A stretch of 64,000 nt of DNA from Trichoplax sp. H2 (Eukaryota), in the NCBI GenBank assembly GCA_003344405.1, contig NOWV01000012.1, positions 248,001 to 312,000 of the forward strand. Direction: 5' to 3'. Each line of letters opens with the position of its first letter. Positions within the stretch are counted from its first letter, which is position 1. The notes under the pieces are model-generated. The model was not told the DNA's origin, did not search any database, and saw nothing but the letters and a program-made list of their open reading frames with translations. The position numbers and the translations under genes are program-made. This document shows, one piece after another, positions 41,301-51,810 of the stretch.

Positions 41301-43236
41301 GTCATCGTTTTAAATTTATTTTATATTGTATGATTAATTAACGTACACCGAATCTTCGGATAATTTATCTTTTACCTGATATTAAAGCTTTATACTATAG
41401 ATATTAATTCTACAGTTTAGAATTTAGTCGACAGTTTTCATACAGGACCGCTGAAAACATATGAACATTGTTATAAAATTCAAATTTTCAACAATTTGTT
41501 GCGTATTATTCTTTGAAATTGTTATAACAATTCCTTCCATTACGATATGAAACGAAATTAATACCATAAGTTTATGGTTATCATGGATTATTGCAGTTTT
41601 GTAAACTAGTTATAATGATAAGCATAATGCATGGTTGCATATCTTATAAATCTGATATCGACCGTATTGGATGGTGATTATTGTTAACTAGTCACCTGTC
41701 CTTTTAAAGTTTGGACAGATCATCTACGATCGATGTTAAAAGAATTACTAACTCAACATAGTCGATCATCTGAACACCTACGTAATGCATAAATTTAATG
41801 GATCTTGATATGATACAGCATAGAAAGTCAGTAAAAATGGTATGGGGTGCAGTCATGATGTGGTATCGTTATTCATTGGTATTAATTTGCTTGTAAATCT
41901 TCTAAAAGATATAGGTGATTAAAAACGAATATAAAATTTCATGACGTTCTATAATGTACGTATATAGTATGGTAAACCGCCTTCTGTTGCTATGCATGAA
42001 TTTTGCAGTTTGCGAATGTATATTATATCTGTCATGGTTAGAAGATTGAAATTCTAATGTCTTGAGAATACGCATAGTGCAGTTACGGTTTCGTGAGCAC
42101 GTTACATTTTATGAAATGCTACAGAAGTAAACAAGGTTTACTAGAGAAGTTAAATATATGATTGCGTTATTGTTTAATGTATTACATAGTTTACTTTCAA
42201 TCCGGCATTTTACAAGTTATAGTCTAGTGCACTGTAGGTAGCTTTGAGGTGAATTGCATCATTATAATCTTCAAACTGGTACACAAGAACTACCAGATAC
42301 AGAACACTTTGATAGGAATAATTTTTAAACATGTAAAAGTTACACTCTGATGAGGTGTTAAAGAAAGTTAGCATGCATCCGTTACAGCTCTTTATATCCT
42401 AAGAAGCATTCTTAATTTAGCTACCCTATGTAAATGGTGATTGGCTTGGCATTTATTTTGAGGTGATGTACAGTACAACAGCTACCGTACAATAAAAAGG
42501 CCATAAACATGTATCAACATTGGCCGGCTGAGTTGAATATGCAATCATACAGGATTCGATAGAAGTATAAACGTTTATATCTTGCAATAATAAGGAAATA
42601 CGATACTGACGCAACAATGACTAGTAGAAAACTTCAGCAAACAGCTAGCTGTACAAAAAATTTTAATCATATGCGTACTTCAATAAACGATTGCCACATA
42701 CTAGTGCCAAGTATCTATTCTTTGTAACTGTGATACTAGCAGACAAATAATATTGAACAAAAGATGGACCATTAGTAAGGACTACGAGGAAATAGTTAAA
42801 GGAATATCGACTATACCAATTTTTGAATGAGAAAAGTACAGGATGGCAAACTCAACAACCGTACTATAAAAACAATCTCAAAAAGCACTAAGTTTCTCCA
42901 TGAACGAAATTAAGAGATAAATTAATTGACCAGATACTTTTTAACGTTAGGCTAACATTTGGGGTATGGTAGGATCTTCAGTAATTAACATTGTTCCGTC
43001 AATGTGATGGCCAAACGCTTACGATCACAGAAGTTAACTGATCATGAATACTATGGACAGTAACAACCGGAATAAGGCATGATACAAAATGATTTCAAAG
43101 TTATCAATAACAGTCGAATGATGTCAGATAAAGAAACTTTACAGCCTGTCATTCTTATTTTAAAAATTATTAATCTAGTGTCTGGTCGAATTACATCATC
43201 GACATCTTTCTAAAGACGAGATATAATTATAAAGCT

Positions 43237-43701
43237 TTAGTATGGTCGACTTCGTCTCATACGCGGTGGTACTAATGCGATGTCTAAATAATCACCAATT
43301 TGAAATTGGTCACCAAGAGTGATTTGGTCTCCTTCGCTTTTTTGGCCAGAGATAGTTTTACCGATATCTCTTAATCTATAACCACCACGCTTATCTGGAT
43401 AGACAATACCAAATTCAAAGAACGTGCCTCTACGTCTTGAATCGCTATTAACCTCCTTAATCAAACCCATCAGTTCTTTTAAAGTAGCATCTTTCCACGT
43501 GTAAATTTGTAATTCGTTCATTGGAACTCTACCTCTAGAATATTCTTCCATTCTATAATGCCTTCCAACGTTATAAAATACTCTTAAGAGAAAGGGACAA
43601 ATTTTTTTCCTATCTACAGGTACAATTTTCTCTTGATCTTTATCTTTTCCAGACTCAGGTTCATAACGCCTTTGCTCGCCAGCATCACGTTTGTCGGCCA
43701 T
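43237..43701 (-). CDS. SAP18: Sin3-associated protein 18 kDa (SAP18), single coding exon, 154 aa
   Basis: Uninterrupted ORF from ATG 43701: PVDRKKICPFLLRVF, NELQIYTWKDATLKEL, FQIGDYLDIA, and C-terminal RMRRSRPY typical of SAP18. Confidence 0.95.
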   Translation of the reverse strand: MADKRDAGEQRRYEPESGKDKDQEKIVPVDRKKICPFLLRVFYNVGRHYRMEEYSRGRVPMNELQIYTWKDATLKELMGLIKEVNSDSRRRGTFFEFGIVYPDKRGGYRLRDIGKTISGQKSEGDQITLGDQFQIGDYLDIALVPPRMRRSRPY

Positions 43702-43893
43702 GATAGCTTGGTTAGTCCAGTTACTAGCTCGATCTTGCTGATGAAGGCATGTACGCACGCGTGCAGCATCAACCAATCTTCATGGAGGTAAGAGGTTTAT
43801 TACCTCTATGGTACCTTTATTGTGCTAGCTGCTGTATGGGTAGCAATACTGAGTACGGTAGTTGAGGCGCAAAGAGTTGATCACCTCAGCAAA

Positions 43894-43990
43894 GTGTACA
43901 GTACAGTACAAGTGTGTCAGCTGCGTACAGTATTTGTTACGGGCAATGTACTGTACACTGTACGTACAGTACTGTACTGTACAGTACGGT
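43894..43990. repeat. TA(CAGTA|CTGTA)n array at the SAP18 / STI1-domain gene divergent promoter
   Basis: GTGTACAGTACAGTACA and GTACTGTACACTGTACGTACAGTACTGTACTGTACAGTACGGTA. Confidence 0.85.
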
Positions 43991-44565
43991 ATTCTGTATG
44001 GAAGCAGGGTTAAAAGAAATGAAACCTACGGTACGTTACTAAGATACGTGTAACCACGGTACCATGTTAATTTTTCGTGAATTTAATCTCCGTTTTAGTC
44101 TCCAATTGAGATACAGTATATGAGTTAACCGACTAGATGAATGCACATAGAATCTAAAGTTCAGTAAGTCAAGATATGAAATATTAAGATATGTAGTCAT
44201 GACAGTTGATGGGCTCTAAATACGCGTATGCGTGTGTGTACGTGTATATGCCTGTCTTACTATGTGAATTTACGGGTATAGTACTATATGTTTAAATGAG
44301 CTTAATAAATAATTATAATGGTCAACGTCAACTTTACCTATACCTACACCAGAACCATATTATATAAATTGTAGTACTACGATATCACTGTTTTTAGCCC
44401 ATTTCAGTACACAGACTAAAAAGAGAAAGAAAATTGCTAATTAAGTTTTTGTAAGATTGATCGGGTGCAATTTGTCAGCATCGAAAGTTACGAGGTATCG
44501 TTTTCTTTCTTGCAGATACGTCGTATAATTCATTTTTCTTGTAATTGAATTGACTGCATTTTCAT

Positions 44566-46325
44566 ATGGCGGAAATAGATGATGATTCTGGTAAGTCTGT
44601 GATTTATACTTTAACGATGATGACTCGATACAGTACTCTAACATGCTTTGTGCATCGTGTGTAATACTGTAGTGTTACCGATTTAAATATCTATGAATGC
44701 ATGGCTATAAGATATTAATGTAACAAATATGAAGAATGTTAAAATAGTGAATATGTTACAATATAACCTGCAGATGTTGCTACATTATCATAGTTTATAC
44801 GTACTTACTGGTATAGAGATGCAATTTTAATGTAGAAATCCCTGAAATGTAGGTGTTATCCGGCTAGTATTCAACTATTATTTATTTCTTAGATGTGCCT
44901 CCACTGGAGGATATGTCAGACTTGATCGGTAAAGTGCAAGCAATGCGTACAGAAACATCTCAAGAAGTTTCATATAATACAGTTGACTCTAATTACCCCA
45001 GTGGCCAGTCTGCGATAACGGATACTAAGCATGAAGAAACTACTCAGTACAAGGTAACAGAGTACACGATGCTAGTTACGTTTTTTCAGCTTCATTTAGA
45101 TTATTTATTTTAATATTACTGTATTTGTACATTTTAGGCTAGTAATGAATCAACAGCTAAAAAGAACAATTTAACACAAAGTAGCCAATTTGGTGGATTT
45201 AAAAGCGGATTTCTCAATTCGAAGCCAGCTAAAGTTAAATCTCATGGTAAAGTTGAAAAAAAAGGAGGTAAAGGTGCAAAAGAGGATGATTTGGAATTTG
45301 TCAAGCCCAAAAAATCAAAAGAGGATGAATTAAAATTTCAAGAAGTTCAGGATGCTATAAATCAATCTCATCCGTTACTTAAAAATAATGGTAAATTTGA
45401 TTTTGTATATCAATGCTGTAGTATCTCTTATACATACATTTAAAATTGAATGAATTATATACGGACAGAGTTTATCGTGCTATCAATCATGGTTAAGATT
45501 AAGCGAAGAAGAATAAATAACGATTGATCTATGATGTAATTCTGTATACCTTTAGTATCATATCATAATTATAGGTTTTCTTTCTTCATACCTTAGACTG
45601 GGTAACCAATGATTTATTGACCAAGATACAAGCGAATCCTCGTATGCATAAGCAAATAAGTGATCCACGCTTTGTTGCTGCATTAAAAAAATTTGAAACT
45701 GATCGTGAAGGAGCAATGAAACAGTTTCAGGGTGACCCTGAGCTTCAGCAATTTTTCACAGATTTTTGCCAACTTATGGGAAATCATTTTCTTAATATTT
45801 CTAAAGATAAAGATCCCTCAAAATCAGGTATGACAATGTTTTATATCTTTCTGAAAAATATTATATTCTAATAGTAGTGTTATACATATTAGATCAGAAC
45901 GAAGCTGCAGCTGCAACGGAAAATAGGCTTACTCCGAAGAAGCTCTCGCCAGAAGATATAAGAGCACAACAAATAGTATCCGATCCCAAGATAGCAAAAA
46001 TTTTAAACAATTCTGAAGTAAAAGAATTCATAGAACTTCTGAAACGTAATCCAGAAGCCGCTCAGCAGTAAGATTATATTATCAAACTGTTGCAAAAGTA
46101 ATAATCAAAAATCAAATTTTAGTTCATTACCGTATATATTTTACAAAGTTAGAATATATCGCATTAGTAGTCGCCATTTCTGTGTCAGACAACTAACGTT
46201 TTTATAAATTTAAAGCGTTTATCATAATTTTTCTACATAGGTATTTATTCACCGCTCCTAAGGAATTACGGGAGAAATTGCAAAAGCTTGTTGAGTGTGG
46301 AGTTTTATCAGTTCAAAGAAGTTAA
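44566..46325 (+). CDS. Uncharacterised STI1/HOP DP-type domain protein with an N-terminal acidic PXLE motif, ~309 aa, 6 coding exons
   Basis: Phase-consistent exons 44566-44590, 44893-45053, 45138-45390, 45597-45827, 45893-46067, 46241-46325. Protein: MAEIDDDSDVPPLEDM..FGGFKSGFL..WVTNDLLTKIQANP..ISDPRF..GDPELQQF..IVSDPKIAKILNNSEV..LKRNPEAAQQYL..LREKLQKLVECGVL. The DP/NP helical repeats resemble STI1 C-terminal domains. Confidence 0.75.
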
Positions 46326-47568
46326 AAATATTTCAAAGAGTACTACACAGCAAGCATATAGTGGGTTTTTTTTTGTAAATACTTCGGTCTTAGTTGCTGT
46401 TCTGTAGCGGCATAACTGTAATATCCTTACAGAAACGGATGCTAAATTTTAGATAATTAAAACTCCCTCTTGCAGGTTTATTGGCTTACGCTAACTTATT
46501 ATTTCACTCATATTCTGATAACTTCGATGGTGATAGTTGCAATATAACAGCCATGCGATCTAGTTACTGCCGCATTGGCAACCTGTATATGATGAATCTT
46601 CAATCTCTTTTGTTTCATGGTATGTGTACTAAAAGTTATATATCACTAACCACAAACTGCGTGAAATATACTGTAATACTGTACTACCGAAGTGTTCAGC
46701 GTGAACACACGATACAAGTACAGAGTATACGAACGTGCATTTTTCAATTAAGTGAAACAGTATTTTGCTTATTTGTGGTAATAAATTGAAAGCTCATTAA
46801 GTCATTCGGTTGAACTAATGTTTATGGAAGTACAGTATAATTGTACCGATACAGTAATTTTAATTCCGTGAATGCACGATGACGATAGTTTACGTCTGAA
46901 GATTATGCATTGCCCAAACTGATGATAGGGCATACCATGATTCATTAAATTATAATACCAAATAGATTTTGATATCTGGAGATTTTTACGCTCTCAGACA
47001 GTAAATCCAGTTACATGCAAATGTAGAATAAAAACATACTAGTTTTTAAAAATAGAAATCGAGGTTTCCAGAAATTAGATACTGTACAAGTATTTGTGTA
47101 AGACCCTATCGGTCTCATCCTCGCTATGGTATTTCAGCTTCTAGAAATAAAGGTTATAGCTCTGTAGATTGGATATAGATGGCACGCTTACCGATAGTAT
47201 CTTACTTATTATAAGCATCATAAATTTTACCATTTTGCTATTATATTTGATCAGGTTAAATGATTTCAAACTCATCAATACAAGTTACACCTAGATATAC
47301 AAGGCCTTTGGGTCTAACCACCTAAATTTCATTGACTGTCACCACGAAGTATATTTGCAGCTAGTGCAACAGGAGTTACAGATTTATGTCGATTACTACA
47401 TGCGAAACTAAAAAGCAATACTTAATAATTAAACTCCCTTGATGTCACAGTATGAAATCAAAAAATTCCTAGGTTGTAATAATAGTACTCAATGAAGGAA
47501 ATAGCGAAATATTTTTATCAATTTGACCCGAGATAGAGCCGTTTATTAACAAACGATGTACAGTAAAT

Positions 47569-49897
47569 TTAGTTGTGACCAAGAGCTGCTAGCGTTTCAT
47601 TTACTGATTTCAATTGATCAGCTTTATCAGCTTCAGCTTCCCTTTTGAATTTCTGTTGAAAATGGTCAAGTAGCATATAATTAGAAATAGGCTTTCACCT
47701 AAGCATCGCAATATGTAAACATTCAAATCTTGGATAGCGTTCAGTCATACCTGTAATCTTCGTTTATTTTCATAGAAGGCTTTTGCCTTAGCCTTTCGTT
47801 TTTCCTCCAAAGTTGATATTATATCATTATATTTCCAACCAACTTCACTCGATAACTTACCGACTACGGTAAATTTGCGACGTGGCTTAAGTTGGACTAC
47901 TCTCAGAGCAGCAGGAACAACCAAACGCTTCATTTTATCGTAAGGAGCTGGAATGCCTTCAAATGTTTTCAATCTGTTGAGAGCTTCTTCACCTCTTTTC
48001 GTTTTGTGAGGAACCATACCTAAATAACGCGGGGTCATCAGAAATGAGTTCAAGTCATCTTTATTACGATTACTTTGTCGATAAATTGCTACTGGCAGCA
48101 GATCTCTTTTAATTGGCTAACCTCGTACGGTTCTCCACAAGATACGACTAGGTGCTCTGAAATGGAATGGGCCTCTTCTAGGATTGACGTTACAACGTTT
48201 TCTCAGAAAATCCAGATACTTCACTAAAAATTTGCAAGCAATGAAAGGAATAGTAACAATATGAGTTTACAAGCTGTTACCTAAGACCATTTAGATAGCG
48301 TCAATACATACATTTATTTCTGTAGAAGCCACCGCTAATGTTCAACTCTTCACATCGTACTACTACAACTCTTTGACCTAAATTTTAATCACCATACGTT
48401 CGTTATTTTATAAATTTATGATAATGTTAGTATATCGATGCTAGTTTGAAATTATTCATTCTTACCGCTTAAAATTGTTTTAGCAATTGTAGAAGCTAAT
48501 CGGCCCAATAAGTGATTCCTGCCGTCAATGATAATTGCCTAATTGTATAAGAATAACCAAAAAATAATGCGTTATACGAGCAAGACATATCATCACGATT
48601 CATGATTATAAAAAAGCTAAGGTTGCGAACATCAAAAAGAGTTGATCAAGACAAATGAATCTGTAGCAGGTTCAAATGTAAAACTAGTTATTTTTATCAA
48701 GTCCTATTAACATCGACTTTACACAGAGATATAAATTAGCATGGGACTGAAGAAACAGCCATCAATTGCAATTATTATGATCTTTGTTCATGCATTTTCT
48801 ATTACGGCAGTGTGATGAAGTAAAACATAAAAGCTATTTTTAAGTCGATTGCCTAACAGTTGTACTATTGAGGAGACCGAGGGCTTACTGAAATGCATGA
48901 GAAATCATTACATTGTACATCGACATAGGATAGCATGCAGCAATGGTGAATTTGGAGTCAGTAAAAATGGGGTGATACTTCGAATTATACGGCTATACTG
49001 TATACTCGAACGTCAATTTTTGAACCAATTTAATTCTATGGGACACATCCTAGATTCTATTTCTGGACCGTTGGTCTAAAGAGTTCATGAGTATGGCATA
49101 TAGCTCAAGAGAGCAATTAATTTATTCAGTTTGTTCACGATAAACCAATTTTCTATCACCTACGTATAGTACAGTACAACATTATTTTTCAACTTCATTG
49201 CAGTGTGGGAATTCTAGTTTTGTAGATCACCTCAGAATTAGCGAATAAAACACCACTACTGTACTGGATGATATAAATATACCGTACTTGAAATGATAGG
49301 ATCATAACCATCTAAGGTGGTAGCGAGATATCGGACATACAATCTCGAGAATTGAATGTATTTACTTGAGTGCAGAACCTAAATATTCATAGTTTTGTGG
49401 AACTTTTTTCAACAATAATGGTGCAACGTGAGAAATGGAGTACACGATGTGCCATTTCCAGATAGGTTCTGTACGAGTATAAAGTACGCTGACATACATT
49501 GCCATACAGCTATTCATGATAATCTCTGTGTCGAAATTTCAGATTCTTTCACAGTACCACATATACAATAATTCGAAAATGTTTATGATTCCATTTTGAC
49601 TCCTCAATCGTATTTTAAAGCGTGAAAGTTTAGGCTTGTATAGTCGCTTCAGCTTTTACGACTTCTAAAGTTCACGAGCGAGGCCGTTCAACGGTCGAGA
49701 ACGATCAGCACATTATCAAAGAAGTCTCTGCGTATACATATAAATGACTAAAATATCATGATTTATATGGTAACATGGAGAATCGTACAGTGTAATTTAA
49801 AGAAATCTACATCTATTTCTTTAATCTATAAAGGACGATTGTGGATAAAACAGTCAAAAAAATCATTTCATTTTCTACTTACTTTCTCGAAACCCAT
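47569..49897 (-). CDS. RPL13A: 60S ribosomal protein L13a (uL13), 202 aa, 6 exons
   Basis: Exons 49897-49883, 48538-48466, 48377-48312, 48223-48122, 48019-47751, 47652-47569. Motifs [56 protein letters not shown] and [10 protein letters not shown]. Confidence 0.97.
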
Positions 49898-49917
49898 CTT
49901 CCTTGACTTGCTTTACC

Positions 49918-50002
49918 GAAAGAGAAGGAGTTGAGTATTCCACATGGTGTTATACGGGGCGGCCACGCGATCGTGCGTACTAAAGGGCTCTGGGCATGCG
50001 CA
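49918..50002 (-). promoter_or_regulatory. RPL13A promoter: 5'TOP/TCT-like pyrimidine tract, GC box and NRF1-like site
   Basis: CTCCTTCTCTTTC (49930-49918) lies 20 nt upstream of the ATG; GGGGCGGCC at ~49956; TGGGCATGCGCA (49991-50002) matches 11/12 of the NRF1 consensus TGCGCATGCGCA. Confidence 0.6.
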
Positions 50003-50056
50003 TTAGACAAGGACTCCCCACTCATTGCAGTAGAGATTCTTATTACAGATCGGACT

Positions 50057-51400
50057 ACTGTACTACTGAGTCATGACCATATCTTCTGACTACAGTAGGT
50101 ATACTGTGCTCTGTATACTGTAGTACTGTACGGAACATAGTAACCATGTACTGTACGTACAGTACAGTACAGTACACTGTAGATTCTACAGTCAGACTAC
50201 TATACTGTACACTGTACAGTACAGTACAGTAAAACATTTGAAACGATTGCCATACAGTATGTGAAACGGGATGGGAGTCGTGTAGCCACAACTTCGAAAA
50301 TCAGTCCTAAAATCAGGGCAGGTATACGTTTCTGTGATGAGATGCAATTTTAGGACTGATTTTGGAAGTGGTTGCTTTTAGGGGCTCGATGATCCAAATC
50401 ATTCACATTCAGAATAGTAGGTGTATCCGTTGATCCAAAATTTGCCACTAGTTCTCACCGGCTCAGCATGTCTGAGGGACTCGTGGTACAGTACTAAAAA
50501 TCATGTCACCCTATGGCTGTAAAAGTATTAGGCTTAAAGCGACATTGGTTTTCCTTGCAAATGAGATCTGCCGAATTTAGCAACATCGAACATACAGTAC
50601 AGTACAGTAGTGTGGACTGTGGAGTGCTAGCTTGCTAACCCAGTTACACAGTACTGTATGCATCAAACTGTCCGTTGCCGTGAATACAGTATGACTGTAA
50701 AGTATACTGTACTGTACACGAGAGACCTTATACAGTACAGTACTACATACTGTACTGTCGAGCTTGGAGATTCTCTACGTACTGTACACTGTACAGTGTA
50801 CAGTACAGTACAGTACAGTACAGTACTGTGGAGTGCTAACTTACAGTACCTAACCCAGTTACACAGTACTGTACTGTACTGTACTGTATGCATCAAACTG
50901 TCCGTTGCCGTGAATACTGTACAGTACAGTATGACTGTAAACTACAGTATACTGTACTGTACACGAGGACCTTATACTGTACAGTACTGTCGAGCTTGGA
51001 GGTTCTCTACTGCACTGTACAGTACAGTACAGTATGTACAGTGTACAGTACGTACAGTAAAGTACTGTACAGTACTCTAGAAGATACTTTTACCAGTTAT
51101 GATCAATCTGCTTATTTACCTACAGTACTGTTATTTCTGTTCAGAAAAACAACAAACAACATAGAGTGCTAACTTACCTAACCCAGAATGCATCAAATTG
51201 ACAATTGCTATAGAGTAGAGTATAAAGAGACCGTTTCTAGGTAATTTCGAAACGACTAGACTGTACTGTAAACAGAGAGGAAGTTGGTCTGCTGTACTGT
51301 ACTGTTTTGTACTGTTCCAGTACACTGTAGAAGATTCTTTTACGAGTTCAAATGATCCTATTGAACCATTTGTGGAAACCAGTGGGTACAGTACGGTACT
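50057..51400. repeat. TA(CAGTA|CTGTA)n arrays and three related repeat copies in the RPL13A/sestrin divergent promoter
   Basis: Pentamer arrays at about 50057-50230, 50594-51075 and 51260-51400. Related copies start at 50616, 50825 and 51164, sharing GAGTGCTA..CTAACCCAG..ATGCATCAAA. Confidence 0.9.
50291..50369. repeat. 23-bp inverted repeat (1 mismatch) with 33-nt spacer
   Basis: ACTTCGAAAATCAGTCCTAAAAT (50291-50313) versus ATTTTAGGACTGATTTTGGAAGT (50347-50369). Confidence 0.85.
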
Positions 51401-51810
51401 GTAGTTGACTCACCGGTGTGATAACTCGTCTTGATAAGCCACTAAACGCATCTTTTGATCATTACAAGCTGGCAGTCATGACTTTCAAGTGATGTCAGCG
51501 CTCACTCGTTGAGATTACTTGTAGTTAGGAAGTGATGAGTAAAAGGAATTGGTAGGCGATCATTTGATGTATGCATGAGTTAGTAGAGAGATCCATCATT
51601 CTTATATTGAATAGTTGTCGTTCTACTACAACACAACTTGGATAACGATTCAACAAGTCAATAGAATAAGGGTTAATTGTATTCTTATCATCGTCAACGT
51701 ACGCACATACGGACGTTGCGGGTGCTTTTGCTTGTTCCATTTGCAGCTTGTTGTTTAGGTAATCATTTGAACTTGTCCTACTCTTCTTATCGATACCAAC
51801 CACTGTGAAG

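Noticed and set aside
43702-43776. 25-aa N-terminal extension of SAP18 in the ORF track
   Set aside because: It starts at a TTG codon (bacterial-style call). ATG 43701 gives the normal-length protein.
47653-49882. Intronic C/D snoRNAs, as in vertebrate RPL13A (U32-U35)
   Set aside because: No sense-strand C box/D box pair with suitable spacing and a convincing rRNA antisense element. The GTGATGA...CTGA at ~48812-48891 is on the wrong strand for an intron-encoded snoRNA.
50636-51186. CTAACCC motifs as a telomerase RNA template or telomeric repeat
   Set aside because: Only single 7-mers inside the triplicated unit; no tandem TTAGGG, and no pseudoknot or H/ACA context seen.
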